Origin: a bacterium
GTDB lineage: Bacteria > Patescibacteriota > Minisyncoccia > Phycocordibacterales > Phycocordibacteraceae
Reading direction: 5' to 3'
NCBI GenBank assembly: GCA_023267755.1
Contig: JAHFMR010000004.1
Location: 8,535-72,534 of the forward strand
DNA length: 64,000 bases
Shown here: piece by piece, positions 26,883-36,276 of the stretch
Numbering within the stretch: position 1 is the stretch's first letter
Layout: each line of letters begins with the position of its first letter
Translations under genes and position numbers: made by a program
The notes under the pieces: generated by a model
Databases searched by the model: none
What the model saw: only the letters and a program-made list of their open reading frames with translations
Told to the model about the DNA's origin: nothing

Positions 26883-27195
26883 GGGTGATAATCTGCTTCA
26901 CTTCCAAATACACCCCCTCTTCGGGCCTGCCCTTCGTAGCTTCAGCGGAGAAGGGGAATTGTGCCGCAATCTTCTCGGTATACGTGCCAGCAGGTGTTGG
27001 CTGCCCATCCTCACGCATCACGTTACGGAGCGGCGGTTTCCCACCTTTCGCGCTCTGCGCTACTTCGAGCGATTCGAGTTGCCCGATATACGCGAGAATA
27101 GCGTCAAACTCGCTCGTGAACTTCTCGAGCTCCGCATCACTTATCTCGACACGCGCGAGCGCTGCGAGCTTCTTCACCTCTTCAGTCGTTGCCAT
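26875..27195 (-). CDS. gatC: Asp-tRNA(Asn)/Glu-tRNA(Gln) amidotransferase subunit C
   Basis: MATTEEVKKLAALARVEISDAELEKFTSE; overlaps gatA start. Confidence 0.75.
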   Translation of the reverse strand: MATTEEVKKLAALARVEISDAELEKFTSEFDAILAYIGQLESLEVAQSAKGGKPPLRNVMREDGQPTPAGTYTEKIAAQFPFSAEATKGRPEEGVYLEVKQIITHD

Positions 27196-27217
27196 ACTAT
27201 TTATTATGGGCACTGTA

Positions 27218-29224
27218 TCATGCATTGAGCTTTTTGAGGAAATCGATCTCACTCACGACCGGGACACCAAGCGCCTGCGCCTTCGCGAGTTTGGAGCCGG
27301 CGGCTTCGCCCGCCACGACAAACGATGTCTTGGCCGAGACCGATGCTGCCGCCTTGCCGCCGGCGTTGCGGACGCGCGCCTCGGCCTCCTCGCGCGAGAG
27401 AGTCGGAAGTGTCCCAGTGATGACGACCGTCTGGCCTTGCAAGGGTGCCCCTTGTGCAACGAGGGGCACCCTCGTGATTCGGAGATGCTTCTGCAGCCGC
27501 ACGAGTAGTGCGCGATTCCCCGCATCGCGGAACCAGCCGGCAACTGACGCGCCGATAACAGTACCGATACCCTCGATACGTGAGAGTTCTTCCTCGCTCG
27601 CTCCGCGTAGTCGCGCAAGAGTTCCCAGATGTGTCGCGAGCAGGTACGCAATCTCCTCCCCGACATGGAAGATACCTAGTCCGATTAGCAGTCGGCTGAG
27701 TGCTACTCTCCGCGCCGCACCAATAGCCCGTATCAAATTGTTTGCTTTTGTCTCCTCGAAGCTCGGAAGGGTGAGGAGCTCGTCCTTGGTGAGCGTGAAG
27801 ATATCGTCAAACTCCGACACGAGCTCGTGCTCCATCAGGAGCCGTACCGTCTCACGACCCATCCCCTCGATATCGAGCGCACTCTTCCCCGCGAAGTGGA
27901 TCAGGCGTCGCGCCTGCTGGTCGAACGAGCCCGCTACCTTACAGCGGTGCGCCGCCTCTCCCGCCACACGCTCGGTGCTCCCGTCTCCCCCACACAAAGG
28001 TGAGTGGGTCGGGAAGATCCACGCCCTTGCTCCCTTGCTCCGAAGCTCTTTGATAACAGAAACAATTTCCGGAATAACATCACCCGCTTTCTGTAAGATG
28101 ACCGTATCGCCGATACGAATATCCTTCTCCTTGATGAAATCTTCGTTGTGGAGCGTCGCGCGCGCGACGACGCTCCCCGCGACGAGGACTGGTCGCAGGT
28201 GCGCCACCGGCGTGAGCTTCCCGGTGCGCCCCACCTGGAGCGCGATATCCTCGATTACCGTCTGGACCTGCTCTGCCGGGAACTTATACGCGATAGCGAA
28301 GCGTGGCGCCTTACCCGTGTAGCCAAGCATCTCCTGGAGGGCACGCTCCTCCACCTTCACCACAACGCCGTCGAGTTGATAATCGACCTTATCGCGCGCA
28401 CCTCCTCGCCACTTTTCCCAATACGCAAACGCCTCGTCGAGCGAGTTCACGTGACGATGTTCCGGATTGACCGGGAGCCCGAGCCCTTTCAGGTATTCAA
28501 GCTCTTCGCTCTGCGTCTGCGGGAGCGCCTCTGACGTCTGTGCCACGTCGTACAGGAAGGCGCCAAGCGGCCGAGAGGCCGCCACCTTCGGGTCGAGCTG
28601 GCGGACAGAGCCGGCGGCGGCATTGCGCGGATTGGCGAATTCTGATTCGCCCTGAGCTTGTCGAAGGGCATTTAACTTTTTAAAACCAGAGCGCGTGAGA
28701 TACACCTCCCCTTCGGCCACCAGGTCGACCGAGCGGTTGAGCCGCTCGGGCACCGCAACAATCGTCCGGATATTGTGCGTGACGTCTTCGCCGACAACGC
28801 CGTCACCGCGCGTCGCGGCGAGCACCAGCTCCCCTTTTATATAGGTGAAGACAATCTTGAGTCCGTCTATCTTAAGCTCGAGGTCATAGGTCGGCGACTT
28901 CCCGGTCAGGCGCTGTACGCGCGTATCGAAGGCACGCAGCTCCTCTTCGGTAAACGCATCATTAAACGACCACTGTGGTGCTGTGTGGCGTACCTTGGAG
29001 AGCTCGGGAAGCGCGTCTCCCACGATGCGCCCGGTCACCGAGGAGGTATCGGCAAGCTCGGGATAGCGCTCCTCGAGCTCGATGAGTTCCCGGTGGAGCC
29101 CGTCGTAGGCGCTGTCAGAGAGCTCGGGTGCGTCGAGCGTGTAGTAGAGGTGCGCGTGATGCGCGAGGAGCTCACGCAGCTGCGCTACGCGTGTCCGTGC
29201 TTTCTGGGGAGCCATATGCCCCAT
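27218..29224 (-). CDS. ligA: NAD-dependent DNA ligase
   Basis: ELKIDGLKIV adenylation KxDG motif, OB fold, Zn finger cysteines, HhH and BRCT C-terminus. Confidence 0.9.
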   Translation of the reverse strand: MGHMAPQKARTRVAQLRELLAHHAHLYYTLDAPELSDSAYDGLHRELIELEERYPELADTSSVTGRIVGDALPELSKVRHTAPQWSFNDAFTEEELRAFDTRVQRLTGKSPTYDLELKIDGLKIVFTYIKGELVLAATRGDGVVGEDVTHNIRTIVAVPERLNRSVDLVAEGEVYLTRSGFKKLNALRQAQGESEFANPRNAAAGSVRQLDPKVAASRPLGAFLYDVAQTSEALPQTQSEELEYLKGLGLPVNPEHRHVNSLDEAFAYWEKWRGGARDKVDYQLDGVVVKVEERALQEMLGYTGKAPRFAIAYKFPAEQVQTVIEDIALQVGRTGKLTPVAHLRPVLVAGSVVARATLHNEDFIKEKDIRIGDTVILQKAGDVIPEIVSVIKELRSKGARAWIFPTHSPLCGGDGSTERVAGEAAHRCKVAGSFDQQARRLIHFAGKSALDIEGMGRETVRLLMEHELVSEFDDIFTLTKDELLTLPSFEETKANNLIRAIGAARRVALSRLLIGLGIFHVGEEIAYLLATHLGTLARLRGASEEELSRIEGIGTVIGASVAGWFRDAGNRALLVRLQKHLRITRVPLVAQGAPLQGQTVVITGTLPTLSREEAEARVRNAGGKAAASVSAKTSFVVAGEAAGSKLAKAQALGVPVVSEIDFLKKLNA

Positions 29225-29235
29225 TATACCGTGTA

Positions 29236-29730
29236 TCAATAATGAGCGCTGACGCCGCGTGAGACGAAGCGTGCGACATCGGGATTCACCAATACGTCGC
29301 AAGACACGTCATAGCCAACTGCGTACAGGAACGTGGAGAGATTGCTCGGCGGCTGCGGTGTCGTGTATTTATAGACCGTAACATCCGCGCACCGTGTTCC
29401 TGCGTCAAATGAGAGCCGTGCGGTTGAAATGAGACTCTCTGATGAAGAAAACTGAACTGCCGCGACCGTTGTTCCATCACAGGTGAGACTCTTAGGTTTT
29501 CCGTCATATTTTGAATACGCGAAGAGATCTTGTTGCTGGTCGGCATAGAGTGCGCATTCGAGTGCTGTATCGGCAACATAAAACGCGTATTGCGATTCGA
29601 TAGAACCCGAGGCGAGTACTTGCTGTTTATAACCAATCGAGGAGAGCGCCAGACCAAAAGAAAGCATCACCGACATAAAAATGACTGCAATAAGGAGCGT
29701 AAACCCGCGCTGTGTATCTTTTATTGCCAT
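29236..29730 (-). CDS. Type IV minor pilin/pseudopilin
   Basis: MAIKDTQRG-FTLLIAVIFMSV prepilin leader. Confidence 0.6.
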   Translation of the reverse strand: MAIKDTQRGFTLLIAVIFMSVMLSFGLALSSIGYKQQVLASGSIESQYAFYVADTALECALYADQQQDLFAYSKYDGKPKSLTCDGTTVAAVQFSSSESLISTARLSFDAGTRCADVTVYKYTTPQPPSNLSTFLYAVGYDVSCDVLVNPDVARFVSRGVSAHY

Positions 29731-30311
29731 GCCGTAAGGTGGTCGGAGACCGTTATTGAATACGGCGTACCATGATAATTCCATGAAACCTTTGAGAGTA
29801 CTTTTGTTTCGCTTGCTGTTATTTCGAGCACTTGGATTGTGCGCGTAAAGGGTGTCGGAGTTCCTCCACTACTTTGCTGACGGTAGAGCGATCGTCCCGA
29901 ATCATCTTTTATAAGACGGAGTGGCATACAAGAACCCTCTACTCCCGTCGAACAGGACTGGGTCGAGACGCCGCTGACCGGATCGAGCGTACACGCCTGC
30001 AATGCGTTTACCGTTGCATTGCAGTTGTTAACTGAAGAAAGGTCTGTGCTCGGATTATTCAAAAACGCGCTCCACGCGTCTCCCGATATATTTTGTCCAC
30101 CTGTATGATACGCGAGAAGGTATTCGTTATCGCGCATTGCACGAACGTATTCGATCCCCTCTTGGGCGAGATACGCGGCGGTGAGCTGGTCGCGAGACGT
30201 CTCTGCCGCGATAATCGCACGGCTTGCGGTAAAAAGCGGTCCTGTCATCGCGAGCGTGAGGATAGTAATCGCGACCATAGACTCGATGAGGGTAAAGCCT
30301 TTCATATTCAA
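29721..30311 (-). CDS. Type IV minor pilin/pseudopilin (PilV/GspH-like)
   Basis: MNMKG-FTLIESMVAITIL prepilin leader. Confidence 0.7.
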   Translation of the reverse strand: MNMKGFTLIESMVAITILTLAMTGPLFTASRAIIAAETSRDQLTAAYLAQEGIEYVRAMRDNEYLLAYHTGGQNISGDAWSAFLNNPSTDLSSVNNCNATVNALQACTLDPVSGVSTQSCSTGVEGSCMPLRLIKDDSGRSLYRQQSSGGTPTPFTRTIQVLEITASETKVLSKVSWNYHGTPYSITVSDHLTAWQ

Positions 30312-31141
30312 GGGGTGATGGTAACCGTGACGCTACAGGTAGCTGTGTTCCCTGCACTATTGGTCACCGTACCTACATAGGTAGTATCCGCAGTAATCGC
30401 ATTTACCGCAGATATCGAACCCGCCACTGCCGGCGAGACCGCTCCGACACCTTGGTTAATCGAAAACCCATTTGATTTTGCATTCGTGGTCGTCCACGAC
30501 AGGGTGGGTTTACCGCCAGAGAGCACCGATGTCGGATTTGCAGTAAGCACGCAGACCGGCACGATAGGTGCCGTGAGCGACCCTGTCACCGTCAAGTCGA
30601 CCCCGCGCAAGGTCGAGCTGGTCTCAATAGTAAACGGCTGCGAGGTCTTTCCGACGCGAGAAGAGGTCATACCCGATACAATAATAGTCACGTGTGGCTG
30701 CAGATAATCGTTCGACGCAACCGTTCCAGTCCCCGTGACATAGAAAGTAAGCTTCGTGACGCTCACCGTCGGGTCGGTCAATATGATACCGTTTTCGGTG
30801 ATAGTTCCTACGGAACCATCTACTCCCTGTGTACCTCGTGCGTACGTGATATTCTCCCCATTTACATCTTTGAATGAAAAGACTTCGTCTCCGTCTGGAC
30901 AATCACCGCCATATACTCCACAAGAATACGCGGTGCCCGTGCGGATATTACGTGTCATTGTCTCGAGCGCGAAGGAGAGACTATTAACACCAGTAGCAAC
31001 ATCTTGTGTTTGCCGATTCAGATCCATCATCAGGAGATAGGCTCCCGAGGCGAGTGTCATCACGAGTGCAAAAAGCCCCACGGCGACAATAAGCTCTATG
31101 AGGGTATACCCGCGCGAGGTTGTAGAAATACTAGATTTCAT
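30308..31141 (-). CDS. Type IV minor pilin/pseudopilin (PilW/GspJ-like)
   Basis: RG-YTLIELIVAVGLFALV prepilin leader. Confidence 0.65.
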   Translation of the reverse strand: MKSSISTTSRGYTLIELIVAVGLFALVMTLASGAYLLMMDLNRQTQDVATGVNSLSFALETMTRNIRTGTAYSCGVYGGDCPDGDEVFSFKDVNGENITYARGTQGVDGSVGTITENGIILTDPTVSVTKLTFYVTGTGTVASNDYLQPHVTIIVSGMTSSRVGKTSQPFTIETSSTLRGVDLTVTGSLTAPIVPVCVLTANPTSVLSGGKPTLSWTTTNAKSNGFSINQGVGAVSPAVAGSISAVNAITADTTYVGTVTNSAGNTATCSVTVTITP

Positions 31142-31791
31142 GGGCAGGAGGGGGCATTAGCGATAATCTGTCCTGAGGCTGCGACTGAGATGAAGCGAGA
31201 AGTTTTTTGCGGCGAAGTAATAGTGAGGCACGCTGCTGAATATGACGTGAAGGTGGAACCATTCGCATTAATGAACGCGTCTGGATTGGGGCGCGAGAAC
31301 ACGATATCGAGCGTACTCAAATCACCGGTTGCCGCACAACGCCACCCTCCAGAAGAGAACGCGCAGAAATCGCTGACGACTATCCCGTTCCCGAGCGTAT
31401 ACGTTCGCACAAGCGCGTCCGTCGGAGAATAAAGATGGTCCCCGGGTTTACAATCAGGCCGAGTGCATACTAAATCGGTTGCGGGCCAAATGTCGGCGAA
31501 GAGCATAAAGGATCCCGTTGTTCCGCTATCAAAATGAAGACCGTATCCAGCATTTGCATTAGTACCTAGAGCGCGACTGCCCAGTCCAAAATTTTCAGCA
31601 GATCGCAGCGTGAGTGCGATATCGTATGCAGTATTGGCGAGAACAAGTGTCTTATTGAACGAACTCTGACTTGTAAGAACGATAGTGGAGATCGCGCCGA
31701 TAATCGCGAGCACGACCAGAAGCTCAATCAGTGTAAAACCACTCGAGTCTAGCGACTGAGTATATTTGCGATAAAGACGAAAGGATCCCAT
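31138..31791 (-). CDS. Type IV minor pilin/pseudopilin
   Basis: SSG-FTLIELLVVLAIIGAIS prepilin leader. Confidence 0.7.
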   Translation of the reverse strand: MGSFRLYRKYTQSLDSSGFTLIELLVVLAIIGAISTIVLTSQSSFNKTLVLANTAYDIALTLRSAENFGLGSRALGTNANAGYGLHFDSGTTGSFMLFADIWPATDLVCTRPDCKPGDHLYSPTDALVRTYTLGNGIVVSDFCAFSSGGWRCAATGDLSTLDIVFSRPNPDAFINANGSTFTSYSAACLTITSPQKTSRFISVAASGQIIANAPSCP

Positions 31792-32519
31792 TGGGTGAAG
31801 TATGCGAGGAGAAACCCTGCGGCCAAGAACGGCGCGAATGGCACCTCAACTCCCATTCTAGAGCCAGCAGGCCTGCCTAACAACACGAATATACCTATGA
31901 CGGCCCCAATCCAAAACGAAAATATGAACCCGGGCAATGCGGCTAGCCCGGTGAGGAGCGCAAGACCGAAGGCGAAAGGAGCATCAGCAAAGCCCATTGC
32001 GCGTCCGCGCGAGAAGTAGTGGATAAGCGCGAGTGAAAGGCCGATAAGCAGCGCGGTAGAGAGAGCGGCGAGGAACTCCGCGAACGACGGCGCGAGCAGG
32101 TAGCCCTCGAGCGCGCTCACGAGGACGAACGTCGTGAGTAGAGACGCCGGCAGTATCTGGTGCACAAGGTCGTAGAGCACCAGAGCGAGGAGCAGCGAGA
32201 GTGCGAGCAACATACCGGCGAGCGGCACCGAGAGGCCGAGTACCGAGTACGCAAGTACGAAGAGCCCGCCGAGCAGGAGCTCGGTAAGCGGCGACCACTT
32301 TGAAATAGTTGCCCCGCAACACTGTGCGCGCCCGCGCGCGAGAAGGAAGGAGAAGATAGGCACGAGTGCAAACGGGGAGAGCGGCTTGGCGCACGCATCA
32401 CAGCGGGAGCGGCCAGCGAGTATCCCCTCTCCAGTATTGAGGCGCGCCACCACAACACCGACAAAGCTCGCGATAAGAGCACCGAGACAGAAGAGAGCTG
32501 TCGCGAAGAGTGGATCCAT
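31749..32519 (-). CDS. pilD: Prepilin peptidase (A24 family)
   Basis: MDPLFATALF...CDAC...CCGATIS zinc-binding cysteine pairs and polytopic core; N-terminal part of the listed ORF is artefactual. Confidence 0.8.
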   Translation of the reverse strand: MDPLFATALFCLGALIASFVGVVVARLNTGEGILAGRSRCDACAKPLSPFALVPIFSFLLARGRAQCCGATISKWSPLTELLLGGLFVLAYSVLGLSVPLAGMLLALSLLLALVLYDLVHQILPASLLTTFVLVSALEGYLLAPSFAEFLAALSTALLIGLSLALIHYFSRGRAMGFADAPFAFGLALLTGLAALPGFIFSFWIGAVIGIFVLLGRPAGSRMGVEVPFAPFLAAGFLLAYFTQWDPFVFIANILSR

Positions 32520-32583
32520 AGAGGCATCATACCAGAAGCCCGCGGCAGAGCCGCGGGCTTCTCTCACTTCACACGTATCTAGC

Positions 32584-32997
32584 TTACGGACAGACCGTCG
32601 CCGCTGCGAGAGCGGTTGCTGAGGTGGTCGCCGTTCCGAGGCTGTCCACACAGTAGTTCGTTCCTGCTGTCGCGATAAGATCAGCAGCCACTGCGTAGGC
32701 AGTACCATTTGCAGCTTCGTTGCAGTGGACTGCGCCGCCAGAACCGTTTGCTGTATCAGCAGCAGTTGTCTGCTTGGTAACAGTCGCGTCCCCACAGAGG
32801 CCGATGTACGAATTGGCATGATCGCCGTAGTAGAGCTGTGCCTGGGTGCGGATGCCGTCGAGATCGCTCATCACCGCTGCATCGTTGCCCTTGGAACGAG
32901 CGGTGTTAAGCGAGGCGAGGACGACCGCCGAGAGGACGCCGATGATGGCGATGACGACGAGAAGTTCGATAAGAGTGAAACCGCGTTGTTTGTTCAT
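32584..32997 (-). CDS. Type IV pilin
   Basis: MNKQRG-FTLIELLVVIAIIGVLSAVVLASLNTARSKGNDAA. Confidence 0.85.
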   Translation of the reverse strand: MNKQRGFTLIELLVVIAIIGVLSAVVLASLNTARSKGNDAAVMSDLDGIRTQAQLYYGDHANSYIGLCGDATVTKQTTAADTANGSGGAVHCNEAANGTAYAVAADLIATAGTNYCVDSLGTATTSATALAAATVCP

Positions 32998-33034
32998 AGT
33001 ATGTTTGTTACGTAATTATATTTCTTAATAAGAG

Positions 33035-33490
33035 CTACGGGCAAGATGTAGCACCAGGAGACATAGTCGTCGGTGACGTCGACGCCATTCCTGAGGCATC
33101 AACGCACCAGTACTGAGTAGCGTTGCTAACCGTCTTGGAATTCAATTTTACTTGAATAGCGTACGCAGTAGCACTCGAACCACAAATCGGCGCTGTACCG
33201 CCCGCAGCGCTCTGCGCTGCGGTTACCGCCTTAATGATTGTTGTATCAGCCCACAGCGTGCCAGCGCCAGCACAGGCACTTACAGTACTGCCATAACTAT
33301 TGCTGTTGGAGCCATAGAAAATCTCCGATTGTGTTTGGATCGCAGCAAGATCGGACTGGATTGCCGCGTCGTTCCCCTTGGAACGGGCGGTGTTGAGTGA
33401 AGCGAGGACGACCGCCGAGAGCACGCCGATGATAGCGATGACGACGAGAAGTTCGATAAGAGTGAAGCCGCGAGAACGATTTTTGTACAT
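33035..33490 (-). CDS. Type IV pilin (close paralog of 11437..11895)
   Basis: MYKNRSRG-FTLIELLVV...; shared C-terminal YAIQVKLNS...WCVDASGMASTSPT. Confidence 0.85.
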   Translation of the reverse strand: MYKNRSRGFTLIELLVVIAIIGVLSAVVLASLNTARSKGNDAAIQSDLAAIQTQSEIFYGSNSNSYGSTVSACAGAGTLWADTTIIKAVTAAQSAAGGTAPICGSSATAYAIQVKLNSKTVSNATQYWCVDASGMASTSPTTMSPGATSCP

Positions 33491-33566
33491 AAAATTATAT
33501 GGGGAGTTAATAATTGCATTGTACGCCCTAGAGGACCCCGCTAGAACCAGGGGTGTGGATAGCTCT

Positions 33567-34772
33567 TTAGATAGACCCTGCGAGGTTATAGATCGGGAGC
33601 AGTATGGCAGCAAGCAAAATGGCGACCCCAAGACCGAGAAGGACAATCATAATCGGCTCGATAAGGCCGACTAGCGTGTCGACGGAGTTCGATACTTCAC
33701 GATTATAGAACTTCGCAAGCGTCGTGAGGATCTGTCCGAGTTCGCCGGTCTCTTCCCCTACCCTTGTCATCGCGACCATAATGCCAGGGATTTCTGCATG
33801 CCGGCCGAGCGCGTCGCTAATAGGTAACCCTCCCTTCACGTCTGAAGCGACCTGATGCAATACGCGCGAGTACACGACATTGTCGACAACCGAGCCGGTA
33901 ATATCTATTGCCGCGATGACCGAGACGCCTGAGAGAAGCATCGTCGAGAAGTTGTCTGCGATGCGCGAGAGATACAGTTTCTTATACAAATCACCGACAT
34001 ACGGGATCGATAATTTAATCCCGTCGAGAACGTTCTTCCCGTCCTCGGTCTTTCCGAGTTGCCACACGTACACGCCGACAGCTGCAAGTGCAATAAGTAT
34101 GAAAATACCGTACTGAATGATGAGATTGGAGAAGCCGATGACAATCTTTGTGTAGATAGGTATATCCTGCCCGGAATCGAGTAGAACTGCGCTAATCTTC
34201 GGTATCACGAGCGTAAGCATCAATGTCATCACACCAAAGAAGACAAAGATAACGAAGATTGGATAAATAAGCGCATTTTCAGCCTTGCTCGCAAGGTCGT
34301 ATGAGCGATCGAGATAATCAGCGAGATAACTGAAGGTCTGCGAAAGCTTGCCTGACTCTTCTCCTGCACGCACCATATTCACGTAGAACGTCGAGAAGAT
34401 ATCGGGGTGCCGCGAGAGCGCTTTACTGATAGGGCTTCCCCCTTGCAGGTCGTCCCCGATTGTCGAGAGGATGCCTGCGAGCTTCGCATTGCCAACCTCA
34501 GAGGCGAGAAGACGGAAAACGCGCAGCGCCGATACCTGCGCTTCAAACAGGGTCGCAATCTGACGCGAGAGGATAACTATTTCTTTATTCGATACGCGCT
34601 CAAGAAATGAGAATTTGAGTTCTAAAAATGAACGCTCCTCGGCAGACGTAATCGCTGAGATGATGAGATTACGACGTTGAAGAGCGGGGATCGCGGCTTC
34701 CTTTGAAGGGGCTTCGATAGTCCCCTCTCGCTCGTGCCCATCCTGATCAATCGCGTGATACTTAAAAAGCAT
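33567..34772 (-). CDS. pilC: Type IV pilus inner-membrane platform protein
   Basis: Two T2SS-F (GspF) domain repeats, 401 aa. Confidence 0.85.
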   Translation of the reverse strand: MLFKYHAIDQDGHEREGTIEAPSKEAAIPALQRRNLIISAITSAEERSFLELKFSFLERVSNKEIVILSRQIATLFEAQVSALRVFRLLASEVGNAKLAGILSTIGDDLQGGSPISKALSRHPDIFSTFYVNMVRAGEESGKLSQTFSYLADYLDRSYDLASKAENALIYPIFVIFVFFGVMTLMLTLVIPKISAVLLDSGQDIPIYTKIVIGFSNLIIQYGIFILIALAAVGVYVWQLGKTEDGKNVLDGIKLSIPYVGDLYKKLYLSRIADNFSTMLLSGVSVIAAIDITGSVVDNVVYSRVLHQVASDVKGGLPISDALGRHAEIPGIMVAMTRVGEETGELGQILTTLAKFYNREVSNSVDTLVGLIEPIMIVLLGLGVAILLAAILLPIYNLAGSI

Positions 34773-34775
34773 AAT

Positions 34776-35837
34776 TTAGAGGTAATGCTCGAAGGTCTTC
34801 GGATCCATCGCGTGTTCGTAGGCATGCTCGGCGGTCACTTCGCCACGTCGCACCAGCTCGGCGAGTGAACGATCCATATCGATCATCCCTTCTTGTGAAG
34901 ATGTCTGGATAACCGTGCTTATCTCGTGCGTCCGCCCATCGCGGATGAGCGTACTTACGGCATTATTGTTGATGAGGAGCTCATACGCTGGAATAAGTCC
35001 TCCTGAAACACGCGGGATAAGCCGCTGTGAAAATATACCGGCAAGACTTCCAGCGAGCTGCACTCGCACCTGTCCTTGTTGCTCAGCCGGGAACATATCG
35101 ATAATGCGATCGATAGTTTGTGCTGCATTGTTGGTGTGCAAGGTCGAGAACACGAGGTGCCCTGTCTCGGCAGCCGTCACCGCCGATGAAATCGTCTCGT
35201 AGTCGCGCATCTCTCCCACCATAATGACATCGACGTCTTCACGAAACGCGCCTTGCAGCGCCGCGTGGAAGTCGGGAGTGTCGATATGCACTTCGCGTTG
35301 GTGGATGAGCGAGCGTTTCGGCGTAAAAACGTACTCGACCGGATCTTCGATGGTGAGAATATGTTCCGCGCGCGAATCGTTAATACGATCAATCATCGTA
35401 GCGAGCGTGGTCGACTTACCCTGGCCGACCGGCCCCACGACGAGGAAGAACCCTTGCTCGCGCTGCGTGAAGACCTCGAGGATAGTGGGGAGATTGAGCT
35501 CGGTGAAGGTGCTAATTGCCCGCGGAATGAGTCGAAACGCGAGAGCAGTGGCTCCCTGCGCGTAGTAGCCGTTCACCCGGAACCGCTGATCTGCCTGGTG
35601 CGCGTACGAAAGGTCGATAGACTGATCCCTCTCAAAGGTCGCCCACCGATCCGAGGGCACGATACTCTTGAGCATTTCCTCGGTCTCAGCGGGAGTAAGC
35701 GCCGGATATTTATTAAGAGAGATAAGCGCACCCGAAACGCGGAGCATTGGCGATCCTCCGGCGAAGATATGCAGATCTGAACCGCCCTGGGAGACGACGA
35801 CGTCGAGCAGTTCTTCGAGGCGTTTGTTAGCGGCCAT
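34776..35837 (-). CDS. pilT: Twitching-motility retraction ATPase
   Basis: MAANKRLEELLDVVVSQGGSDLHI, Walker A GPVGQGKST, 350 aa. Confidence 0.85.
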   Translation of the reverse strand: MAANKRLEELLDVVVSQGGSDLHIFAGGSPMLRVSGALISLNKYPALTPAETEEMLKSIVPSDRWATFERDQSIDLSYAHQADQRFRVNGYYAQGATALAFRLIPRAISTFTELNLPTILEVFTQREQGFFLVVGPVGQGKSTTLATMIDRINDSRAEHILTIEDPVEYVFTPKRSLIHQREVHIDTPDFHAALQGAFREDVDVIMVGEMRDYETISSAVTAAETGHLVFSTLHTNNAAQTIDRIIDMFPAEQQGQVRVQLAGSLAGIFSQRLIPRVSGGLIPAYELLINNNAVSTLIRDGRTHEISTVIQTSSQEGMIDMDRSLAELVRRGEVTAEHAYEHAMDPKTFEHYL

Positions 35838-35841
35838 GACG

Positions 35842-36249
35842 CTAGCGAGTGGCGCCGGCAGCAGGCGCATTTGATTCGATGGTGCGAATAGTTTCGGCGA
35901 ACACTTCAGACGGGATAGCTGACGCTTTTATGATGTATCCATCTGCAAGGAGTTTTTTCGCCTTCTCAAGGTCTGAATCCTGGCCCTGATTTGAGAGAAT
36001 CACTATCTTTGAACCTTGGACGAGGTTTTCTTTCCGGATTGCCTCAAGCGCGCCAAAACCGCCGATACCCGGCATAATGAGGTCGAGAAGAATGACATCG
36101 GGTGCTTTTGTATCTGCTTTGTGAAGCGCGGCAAGAAGGTCTTCCCCGCTATTGAACACGCTCACATCGTGTCCAGCCGTGCGGAACTTCACTGCGTACA
36201 AATCCACAAGAAATCTATCGTCGTCAACTAGGAAAATACGATATGCCAT
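35842..36249 (-). CDS. Single-domain response regulator (CheY-like receiver) embedded in pilus cluster
   Basis: IFLVDDD...VILLDLIMPGIGGFGALEAI receiver motifs. Confidence 0.8.
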   Translation of the reverse strand: MAYRIFLVDDDRFLVDLYAVKFRTAGHDVSVFNSGEDLLAALHKADTKAPDVILLDLIMPGIGGFGALEAIRKENLVQGSKIVILSNQGQDSDLEKAKKLLADGYIIKASAIPSEVFAETIRTIESNAPAAGATR

Positions 36250-36276
36250 TACGATAAGTATACCCCATTACAGGAG

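Noticed and set aside
31749-32819. Long N-terminal extensions on listed ORFs (also 44852..46501, 46350..48038, 47986..48528, 39656..40903, 54489..55415)
   Set aside because: The ORF caller takes the first possible start after a stop. Conserved N-termini (MDPLF.., MSFFSRF.., MAKQILF.., MTKKLSL.., MSFLDSFF.., MSVVERA..) indicate internal start codons, so coordinates were trimmed.
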